Virus record (IMG/VR): IMGVR_UViG_3300005056_000001
Coordinates: 62,001-126,000 of that record
Reading direction: 5' to 3' (one strand)
DNA length: 64,000 nucleotides
In this document: positions 56,885-64,000 of the stretch, piece by piece
How the letters are laid out: every line of letters starts with the position of its first letter
How positions within the stretch are numbered: the first letter of the stretch is position 1
Notes under the pieces: model-generated
Seen by the model: only the letters and a program-made list of their open reading frames with translations
The model's database searches: none
Told to the model about the DNA's origin: nothing
Position numbers and translations under genes: made by a program

Positions 56885-58189
56885 GTGTCTCAAAATATAA
56901 ATATGTTCAAAGGAAGAGAATACAACAAAAAATCAAAACCGTATGTTTATTATCATGCCCGATTTGTCTCCAACGATAATGCATGGTGTGTGCAGGCATA
57001 CAACCGTGACCACATGGACGAGATTATTTGTAGAAACAAGAAAAATGAGGAGGCCTATATAAAAGGACGGACTCATTCGTTTAAAACAGACGAAAATTAT
57101 GAATGGCGTTATCTGAGGATCCCGCATATCTATACGTTTTCCATGGAAAAATGTCTGATAGTACACAAACGGGTATTGTTTGAAACCGAGGAAGAGGCAA
57201 AAAGCTTTATAATCGAATATGAAAACTTTTGTGGGCCTCTTGACTCGATTTGTCCAAGGTATAATCGTGGATCAAAAATAGTGGATGACAACATCAGGTC
57301 AAGTATGTTCCTGTACTTGGATTATGACATTAACCACAACAAATTTTTGGTGGACAATAATTTGTCAAGCGAAGACGAATTTACAAACCACAACAAAAAA
57401 CTTTTCTCGGTTGCCCTGCTTGGTGGAAGGCTTGTTTATGTGAACCTGACGGATGTTGTTGGATACAACATTGATGGGGGGAAAATGCTTCCGTATTTTA
57501 TGTGGAGCGAAGACCTCGACCGTTTGGTTGCTATGTCATACGACAGCCCGCTACTTCGAGAGACCGTTTATTACAAAACCAAACAAAGGGAAGGATTTTT
57601 CAACAGGCTGTTTGGTATCAAAGAAAAAATTGCCACAAAATTCAGGGGGTATTATATTAAACATACTCCAACCTTCCTAGAAGATCCATTAAGCTTTACG
57701 GGTGACACAAGGATGTGTGAATTTATACGTTGTGCCTACAAGTTTAAGGATTTTAAGGACTATGAGGGGTATGGTCTAACGTGTGGGTACGAAGGTTTTA
57801 ATGAGTCGGTACAGACGCTTTATACGGACATAGGAAACCTTCAACAATTATTGACCAACATTCAGCTATGTGAGCGTTTTAATTCATCCGAAGTAATCTA
57901 TAATAGTTGTAGGATATATGCGGCCATGGGACAGTCGGGTGGTTGCCATATAAACCAAGAAATTAGTTACTACACAAAAAACTTTAGTAAGCCCGTCAAG
58001 GAGCATGGTATAAAGTTCATTTTTGATGTTGGGAGTCCTAGATACAAGGATGTCTGTTCGGGCAAGCAAGGCATAAACACAACAGGAGAACTAGATTTCA
58101 AATACGGCACCGAGGCATATCTGTACAGGGACACTCTTGACGAGCTGTATAGAATTATTGACGAAAAAAAATTTAATATATTACAATAA
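56885..58189 (+). CDS. hypothetical protein (434 aa)
   Basis: Long ORF; no motif recognised. Confidence 0.75.
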   Translation: MSQNINMFKGREYNKKSKPYVYYHARFVSNDNAWCVQAYNRDHMDEIICRNKKNEEAYIKGRTHSFKTDENYEWRYLRIPHIYTFSMEKCLIVHKRVLFETEEEAKSFIIEYENFCGPLDSICPRYNRGSKIVDDNIRSSMFLYLDYDINHNKFLVDNNLSSEDEFTNHNKKLFSVALLGGRLVYVNLTDVVGYNIDGGKMLPYFMWSEDLDRLVAMSYDSPLLRETVYYKTKQREGFFNRLFGIKEKIATKFRGYYIKHTPTFLEDPLSFTGDTRMCEFIRCAYKFKDFKDYEGYGLTCGYEGFNESVQTLYTDIGNLQQLLTNIQLCERFNSSEVIYNSCRIYAAMGQSGGCHINQEISYYTKNFSKPVKEHGIKFIFDVGSPRYKDVCSGKQGINTTGELDFKYGTEAYLYRDTLDELYRIIDEKKFNILQ

Positions 58190-58249
58190 AATTTAATATA
58201 TTACAATAAATTTAATATATTACAATAAATTTAATATATTACAATAAAA
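58172..58249 (+). repeat. 4 x 19-20-bp tandem repeat TTTAATATATTACAATAAA(A)
   Basis: Copies start at 58172, 58192, 58211 and 58230; the first spans the stop codon of the upstream gene. Confidence 0.95.
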
Positions 58250-58257
58250 TTAAAATT

Positions 58258-58839
58258 ATGATAGACAGGATATATTCTAGCCATTGGATGTTTATGGTGT
58301 TTTTCTTATTATTCATGAGCAACCCAATGTTCTTGGGTGTCAATAGTGATTGGACATTAAATAATGTTTTTTGGGTATGTATGATCGTAAACATCATTTT
58401 TTTTATATACACACGGAACGAATGGAGGAATAATCTAAGACCCGAAAAGCGAATAGTAATAGTTAAGGCCATGGCTAGTATATCCATTGTGTTTTCAATA
58501 GGATTTATTTGTTATAGCATAATTCATTTACCTATTGCACCACTAGGACTATACGTTTTTATACCCTTTACTTTTGTGTATTATATGATATATCATGTGT
58601 GTCTGACATGGGATATATTTAAAGCGAATATAACATATGCTCATGGCAAGATATTTATAATTTCATGTTTTCTTATTTGTTGGTATATATTCAGGATACG
58701 TTTTTTCTTTCCGCCCTTTGAATACAAGTCAAGCCTGATTTTTTCAATACTAAATATATTATTACTTCTTTTTTTGATATATCCTATTACATTGGTACCA
58801 CCAAAAGAAATAGAACTGATTGATCATTTGGTCGAGTAA
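58258..58839 (+). CDS. integral membrane protein (193 aa, ~6 TM)
   Basis: Almost entirely hydrophobic helices. Confidence 0.8.
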   Translation: MIDRIYSSHWMFMVFFLLFMSNPMFLGVNSDWTLNNVFWVCMIVNIIFFIYTRNEWRNNLRPEKRIVIVKAMASISIVFSIGFICYSIIHLPIAPLGLYVFIPFTFVYYMIYHVCLTWDIFKANITYAHGKIFIISCFLICWYIFRIRFFFPPFEYKSSLIFSILNILLLLFLIYPITLVPPKEIELIDHLVE

Positions 58840-58933
58840 TCATTAATGAAATGTTAAAAATTATCAAAAGGAGCCCAATAATTTGGTTTATAACTCTTGT
58901 TGTTGTAATATTGTTCTAACAAAAACAAACAAC

Positions 58934-59380
58934 ATGTCTTTAAAGGATTTAATCAACACAGGCAATCACAATAATATTATCCTTGCCTTTACATTGGCAA
59001 AGAGTAATAATACTGCGATTATTGGAAAATGTAGACCGTGTTTCGGGCTTCTGTTGTATGTCCTCATGCAACACCATGACAACCATACCATGGATTGGAA
59101 GATATACAGAAATTGTTTTCTGTATTTAGAATATGACAAACAGATCCTTGGGCAATTGGTCACTATCGGTTTTGATGCAGAGGTTAGATACAAAAACAAC
59201 TCAAAACGAAAGACTGACCGTGTTATTTTGGTGAATTGTACCGATTTTATCGAGACAATCTTTAATCTAGTAACTGTTGAGGGGGATATTGTCGAATACA
59301 GGAGGGGTTTGTTTGGATATAGAAACTATAACAGCAACAAGTTTATTGCTGTCAAAACAACATTTGAAAAACACATTTAG
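58934..59380 (+). CDS. protein with the LRR-family N-cap but no LRRs
   Basis: Start reset to ATG 58934: MSLKDLINTGNHNNIILAFTLAKSNN, then an unrelated domain. Confidence 0.7.
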   Translation: MSLKDLINTGNHNNIILAFTLAKSNNTAIIGKCRPCFGLLLYVLMQHHDNHTMDWKIYRNCFLYLEYDKQILGQLVTIGFDAEVRYKNNSKRKTDRVILVNCTDFIETIFNLVTVEGDIVEYRRGLFGYRNYNSNKFIAVKTTFEKHI

Positions 59381-59392
59381 TATAAAAATATT

Positions 59393-59602
59393 ATGGCAAA
59401 ATTTGAATTGGTAGGGAAAATCACGATTTCTGTTTATACAACAGTAGAGGCGGACACCTTGGAAGAGGCTATTGCGAAACAAAAAATCGAAAGACGTAGT
59501 GTTGAAATGTCGCATACGACAGATACCAAAGAGCAAGAAGAAGAGGTTTGGGTTTATGAGGAATGTATGGACGGTGAGGTTTATGGTGTTCGTAAAGCCT
59601 AA
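59393..59602 (+). CDS. hypothetical protein (69 aa)
   Basis: TVEADTLEEAI, a common small phage protein pattern. Confidence 0.7.
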   Translation: MAKFELVGKITISVYTTVEADTLEEAIAKQKIERRSVEMSHTTDTKEQEEEVWVYEECMDGEVYGVRKA

Positions 59603-59743
59603 TTTCATGAACAAGATATTGATAGTATTGGTGTCCATGGAGTTTATGAAGAAAGCGATATGTAATACTAGAACTTCACATACGGGAACAAAAGTTGGAT
59701 TATTTTTTATATAAATATTTTCAAATTAAAACACAACACCAAA

Positions 59744-60082
59744 ATGTACACACTAACGACAAAGGATAAACAAGAATTATTAGATCAAAAATCAGTTTCA
59801 TTATATGGAACGATACAATACGTCACACGAGAAGATGTGTCGGTGGTATCTGATGCTATTGATTGGTTGACAGAAGATACACTCATAACACTTATGTCTT
59901 ACGGGACTGTTTGTGTTGAGTGGGAATGCTACGGTGACTATACGTATGCAAGAACTTTGTATATCGAAACGAACGAAAAGTTTCATACAGAGCCGATGGG
60001 ACTGATGCTGCTGATTTTTGATTTAAACCTAAGAGAATTTACGGAAATTAAAAAAGATACCATTCGTTTGTACAGTAAATAA
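59744..60082 (+). CDS. hypothetical protein (112 aa)
   Basis: ORF in run. Confidence 0.7.
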   Translation: MYTLTTKDKQELLDQKSVSLYGTIQYVTREDVSVVSDAIDWLTEDTLITLMSYGTVCVEWECYGDYTYARTLYIETNEKFHTEPMGLMLLIFDLNLREFTEIKKDTIRLYSK

Positions 60083-60086
60083 AAAT

Positions 60087-60311
60087 ATGAGCAACAGCAA
60101 AGGAAGAAGGCTTTTTCGTGAGTACGCCCAAAACAAGGGTAAAGAAGCAAAGGAATTTATACAAATTAAAAAAGATGGTTATGGATATACAGATATCCTT
60201 GTCACAAAAGACAATAATGGTCAGTTGGAAAACACGGATCTTAACTATGAAAACATGCTCATTTGGGCAATAAAAACAAATAGAATATGCCAACCCAACA
60301 AGAAAATCTAG
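60087..60311 (+). CDS. hypothetical protein (74 aa)
   Basis: ORF in run. Confidence 0.65.
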   Translation: MSNSKGRRLFREYAQNKGKEAKEFIQIKKDGYGYTDILVTKDNNGQLENTDLNYENMLIWAIKTNRICQPNKKI

Positions 60312-60892
60312 AGGAATTTAATACAGGAAACGACACACTTGATTGTTTCTGTATTTTAATGGCAATGTCAAAGGCAGACATTAGCCTTGGCGAAAATCAG
60401 ACCGAGCGTATTATTAAATCGCCTCTTATTGATGTGAGACTCTTACATGATGTTTGGTCAGAAAGCTCACGTGGGAACTTTAGAGACCGCAATGGTGATA
60501 TTATTAAACTCCCTGCAAATATTCAATTACTGATGTTTCAACGCTTCCTTATAAAGGCAGAGCAGGACTATAAGGAGCAGAACTGTCCCAACCCCACTGA
60601 TTTGGACAGGTACCACACACCAAGCTCACCACACAGACACAGATTGGATTGTGAGTATAATGTAAACGATAATCATGAGTTGTCATGGCTTTTAAGCAGC
60701 ATTATGTTTGACCACGAAATCATTAATAATCCACAAACCAAGTCGATTAGTCTTCACGCAATCATGAGTCGTTCACAGGCAGGGGACATTAGATTCAGGT
60801 CTGAAAACTATGCGGTTCCTAATAAGGTGCTGTGTAAAATCAGCGAAAGGCTAATTCGTGATGGTGTGTTAAAAACAAATCCATATACATGA
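60287..60892 (+). CDS. hypothetical protein (201 aa)
   Basis: ORF in run. Confidence 0.7.
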   Translation: MPTQQENLEEFNTGNDTLDCFCILMAMSKADISLGENQTERIIKSPLIDVRLLHDVWSESSRGNFRDRNGDIIKLPANIQLLMFQRFLIKAEQDYKEQNCPNPTDLDRYHTPSSPHRHRLDCEYNVNDNHELSWLLSSIMFDHEIINNPQTKSISLHAIMSRSQAGDIRFRSENYAVPNKVLCKISERLIRDGVLKTNPYT

Positions 60893-61527
60893 ACAAAGAA
60901 GAAATGCAAGTAATAATAGGGAATAAAACGCCCCTTCCATCAACACCATTCGAACGTGTAGGGTCAGAGGCCTCGATCGAACATGTGGCAAGATATGTTG
61001 AATGGTTGAATGCAGAAAAAATTGATTTCTTAATGGGTCTCGGCGAGTTGTATGTTGAATGGGACGACGAGGACAAGAAGTTTGCGTCATTGTTGCATTT
61101 TAGAATGACCAAAAATTTAAGTGCATGGTGGGTTGTGATAAATCTTATGTTGTTTTTTGATGATCTTGGTTTAATATGCAAAGGGAGTAACACAGACGGT
61201 ATTGTTTGGCTCTATGGAGAAACGAAATGTGAGTATGTCATTAAGGACAATCCCGAAGCAACCAAACTTTGCAATGTCATATGTCGGAGGTTTTTCCTTG
61301 ACGACAAGACTACTATTATGCATGGAGAAGGTTTTTCTAAGTGTCTTTACGAGTCTGCCCAAATGATAAAGAATCCGAACACTGACCGTAACCTTCTTAA
61401 TGAGATATTGACGGCAAGCACAGTCGGTTGGGTCATGAATAAAAAAGGTGATGTTGTGGAGATCCCTTCGGTATTATCTACCTATATTTTTAATATTTTA
61501 TCAGAGGAAGGAATAATAGAACGTTAA
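60889..61527 (+). CDS. hypothetical protein (212 aa)
   Basis: ATGA overlap. Confidence 0.7.
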   Translation: MNKEEMQVIIGNKTPLPSTPFERVGSEASIEHVARYVEWLNAEKIDFLMGLGELYVEWDDEDKKFASLLHFRMTKNLSAWWVVINLMLFFDDLGLICKGSNTDGIVWLYGETKCEYVIKDNPEATKLCNVICRRFFLDDKTTIMHGEGFSKCLYESAQMIKNPNTDRNLLNEILTASTVGWVMNKKGDVVEIPSVLSTYIFNILSEEGIIER

Positions 61528-61548
61528 CACATATAAAAATAAACAATC

Positions 61549-62286
61549 ATGAAAATAGTCATAAGCAAACGCAATAACGATCTAGTAAATGCATGTAGGT
61601 CAACGGATATTAACTGCCTAATCGAGCACTTTAATGATGGTGTGTCTCCAAGTATAGTGTTCAAAGATTCTGATGTCCCACATCTCATACGACGAATCAC
61701 ACGGGTTTATATGATGTGCGTGGATTCGGAACATTTTTTGGATATGCTTTTTGAGGCCTCTGTCTGTAGATACTCCCACCTTTTGGATGATGAACGTTGT
61801 AAGCAAGACACACAACTTGGTAAGTTGTATTGTCAGCTATATTTTTGGATGTTAAAGTTGGAGTCTATTGACTATGACACATTTATTGTCGGGGAACACA
61901 ATGCCATTTTTCTTGACACGCAAGACAATTCCCTAAGAACTGCATGTAAAGGTCGTTTTGATTCGGGCTTGGGGATTATTGACTGTCTCATTAAGGATTG
62001 GAAGATCTATTGTGATGTTAGTGTGGATTTTGAGCCACAATGGATACCCAACATCATTGCCCGTATACAAAAAATATATTTAGATGTTGTTGGACAAAAA
62101 CACTTCATGTCTGTACTAGAACAATCCTACTCAGACAGACACAAAAGCGGAGGAGGTTCGTGCGATGATCGTTGTAACGGAAATTCCGAGACCGCCGTCA
62201 ACTATTCACACCTTTTGTTTTGGGCAAAAAAGTTGAGATGGTTAGGAGAGAATTGTTTTGTTGTTTTGGAAGAGGAGAACGTTTAA
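61549..62286 (+). CDS. hypothetical protein (245 aa) with two internal repeats
   Basis: Both halves carry I.CLI..-P..I.RI..(V/I)Y..-HF...L..S-D.RC..-Y..L.FW..KL. Confidence 0.75.
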   Translation: MKIVISKRNNDLVNACRSTDINCLIEHFNDGVSPSIVFKDSDVPHLIRRITRVYMMCVDSEHFLDMLFEASVCRYSHLLDDERCKQDTQLGKLYCQLYFWMLKLESIDYDTFIVGEHNAIFLDTQDNSLRTACKGRFDSGLGIIDCLIKDWKIYCDVSVDFEPQWIPNIIARIQKIYLDVVGQKHFMSVLEQSYSDRHKSGGGSCDDRCNGNSETAVNYSHLLFWAKKLRWLGENCFVVLEEENV

Positions 62287-62310
62287 TGTATCATAGCAAA
62301 ATAAAACCCA

Positions 62311-62601
62311 ATGGTAAAGATGTATTTTAAGGGAGGTTCAGGAATTGTGGCTCCTGTTGATTTTAATGGAACACCAATCAAGGAAGGTGACATATTAACA
62401 CATTGTTGGTTCGAGAATGATTATACATCTTTCTTTGAGCGTCACACAAATATACACACACCGCAAGAAATCGAAAAAGAGGTTCATAAGCCCTCCGTGG
62501 TGGTCAGGTTCGACAAAGAAAAATGCATATTCTATGGAGAAGGAATCACACAAAAACTCTATATGCACGACTTTAGGTTTAAGTGTGCAAAAATAGTATA
62601 G
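62311..62601 (+). CDS. hypothetical protein, YopX-like motif
   Basis: DFNGTPIKEGDIL. Confidence 0.65.
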   Translation: MVKMYFKGGSGIVAPVDFNGTPIKEGDILTHCWFENDYTSFFERHTNIHTPQEIEKEVHKPSVVVRFDKEKCIFYGEGITQKLYMHDFRFKCAKIV

Positions 62602-62602
62602 T

Positions 62603-62827
62603 ATGTATGCGGAAAAATATATTCAAGTAATTTCAATGTTTACATGTACAGAAATGCCACTTTCGATTGTTGATGGTTACCTTTCAGGAACCGATGATGG
62701 TGCTCAGGTCATAGTGGACGAAATTAATAAAACATTAAAGACAGAATTTTATTGGTGTACAGGTATCTCGATCCTAGAAATTGTTGAGCACTTGGTAAAG
62801 GAATCAATAGACAATGAAAACATATAA
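62603..62827 (+). CDS. hypothetical protein (74 aa)
   Basis: ORF in run. Confidence 0.65.
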   Translation: MYAEKYIQVISMFTCTEMPLSIVDGYLSGTDDGAQVIVDEINKTLKTEFYWCTGISILEIVEHLVKESIDNENI

Positions 62828-63170
62828 GATGAAAAACCTAAGCAACATTATAAAGGATTGTACGTCCATGTTACATTACACAGCAACAAAAAGGTTGGCC
62901 AATGACGGATTTAATCAAGTCGGATACGACAAGCATTACACCTTCTTAAAATTGGGTAAATTGCTTGTTCACATATATGTATTTACGGATTCTATTGTGG
63001 TTAAAAAAGAATGTATGTCGGTAGAGGGCGAAAGTAAAACATTCTGCCGTGTATTCAAATTGAATGTCAACAATTTCGATGATGTGTATGACTTCGACGA
63101 TGTGTATGATTCTGTGCTCGAATATATTGAAAAACTTGTAAAAGAAAACAGCAAGGGATGTGTACAATAA
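62814..63170 (+). CDS. hypothetical protein (118 aa)
   Basis: ORF in run. Confidence 0.65.
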   Translation: MKTYKMKNLSNIIKDCTSMLHYTATKRLANDGFNQVGYDKHYTFLKLGKLLVHIYVFTDSIVVKKECMSVEGESKTFCRVFKLNVNNFDDVYDFDDVYDSVLEYIEKLVKENSKGCVQ

Positions 63171-64000
63171 TCATTAATCTAAAGCCTGAAATGGCAATGG
63201 AAGTATTGAAAGGCAAGGTTACCGACATATTCCGTAAAAGACATCCAAAGGAGGTGGTCACAAAAATATTGGTATATGTGCCCTACCCTGTTCGTAAACT
63301 TCTCATGATATTGGAGGTGTCTCCCCATAGAGTAGTGACGATGAAACAATACCACACCAACAAAACATTCGAAACAAATGCATTCGGTATAACCAAGGTT
63401 ACAGCCCTTAAAAATCCGATTGGACTCGATATGTTGGGGCGTCTCTTAAAGTTTTGGGGGGTTCATGGTGTCGGTTTCGTTTACCTCAAGGACAGGCCCA
63501 ATTTTGTCAAGTATTTAGACGACGAAGGAATCCTTAAACAGGCACCTGATTTCTTGGACGTGGTAAAACCAAGGATTAAGTGTAAGGCCACCACAAACAA
63601 CGGTAATAATTGTCGCAATTATGCCAAGATTAATGGTTATTGTATGACACATGCCCGAATCGTGCTTGATTACCGTGACGAGAATCGTTGTAGTGCAGGA
63701 ACATGTACCCAATACAGATTTCAGGAGCACGATGTTTGTTTGTCGCATCTTGGACAACGAACCCGACTAGAGGAAGAACGTAGGCACGAAGACAACCTAC
63801 TCAATAACGACAAATGCCTCATACAAACTTTTTTCGAGTTTTCCTATTATGAAATGTTTCATGTAGAGGAAGATTCAGAGCTTAGGGAAATTGGCATCTA
63901 TGATCAGGATATCAAATACCTAAAAAACGAGATGAGAAGTTTTACGTTTAATGAACTAGACGTACTATTTCTGACACCATTTTTGGACATGTATCCAAGG
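63158..64000 (+). CDS. ASCH/PUA-like domain + Cys/His zinc-finger protein, running off the right edge
   Basis: Not in the track. ATG 63158: IIINLKPEMAMEVLKGKVTDIFRKR..ILVYVPYPV (ASCH-like); CKATTNNGNNCRNYAKINGYCMTH (DUF5763-like); a second C-C-C-H cluster. Confidence 0.75.
   Translation, partial: MCTIIINLKPEMAMEVLKGKVTDIFRKRHPKEVVTKILVYVPYPVRKLLMILEVSPHRVVTMKQYHTNKTFETNAFGITKVTALKNPIGLDMLGRLLKFWGVHGVGFVYLKDRPNFVKYLDDEGILKQAPDFLDVVKPRIKCKATTNNGNNCRNYAKINGYCMTHARIVLDYRDENRCSAGTCTQYRFQEHDVCLSHLGQRTRLEEERRHEDNLLNNDKCLIQTFFEFSYYEMFHVEEDSELREIGIYDQDIKYLKNEMRSFTFNELDVLFLTPFLDMYPR

Noticed and set aside
58172-58249. Mini CRISPR array
   Set aside because: Units are directly adjacent with no spacers, and there are no cas genes.
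1-64000. Eukaryotic giant virus (NCLDV) or bacterial chromosome origin, suggested by the many LRRs
   Set aside because: Operon-like overlaps, rho-independent terminators, Bacteroidota-type promoters and DUF3127, and the absence of housekeeping operons or NCLDV core genes favour a large bacteriophage. No virion gene is in the window, so a large plasmid or prophage is not strictly excluded.
1-64000. tRNA, rRNA or riboswitch genes
   Set aside because: No cloverleaf or conserved RNA motif recognised by eye in the intergenic gaps; tRNAscan-SE and Infernal were not run.

Overview
AT-rich, densely coding 64-kb segment that reads as part of a large lytic dsDNA (jumbo-type) phage of a Bacteroidota host. 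Support: a Bacteroidota-type NAD-dependent DNA ligase, a DUF3127 protein, a nucleoid-associated protein, A-rich leaders without Shine-Dalgarno sites, TAnnTT-type promoters, and dozens of short orphan ORFs in co-oriented runs. No capsid, terminase, integrase, tRNA, rRNA or CRISPR array is visible. Transcription is mostly leftward up to about 31.7 kb (with a mixed patch at 19-23 kb) and rightward after 32.1 kb. Recognisable genes: a partial N6-adenine methyltransferase, a beta-class DNA methyltransferase, an ABC-type ATPase, a PPDK-like dikinase lacking the pyruvate barrel, a single-chain Mre11/SbcD-Rad50/SbcC fusion, LigA, a ParB-like protein, two stand-alone DUF262 proteins, a beta-clamp-like protein and an ASCH-zinc-finger protein. 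The dominant feature is 17 leucine-rich-repeat (LRR) loci covering about 14 kb. Ten belong to one family with a constant N-cap, 7-14 22-aa modules that vary on the predicted binding face, and a constant HP(T/H)AxIxI-type C-cap. The DNA shows direct traces of module shuffling: a 98-bp two-module tract shared (2 mismatches) by inverted genes 44 kb apart, a perfect 66-bp duplication, chimeric modules and two frameshifts. My best candidate for a new system is a recombination-diversified, VLR/antibody-like LRR binder repertoire carried by a phage. A 12-site GTTAA-N6-GTTAA promoter box and a second paralog family with swapped C-terminal tips are also notable. All family assignments come from motif recognition by eye; no database searches were run.
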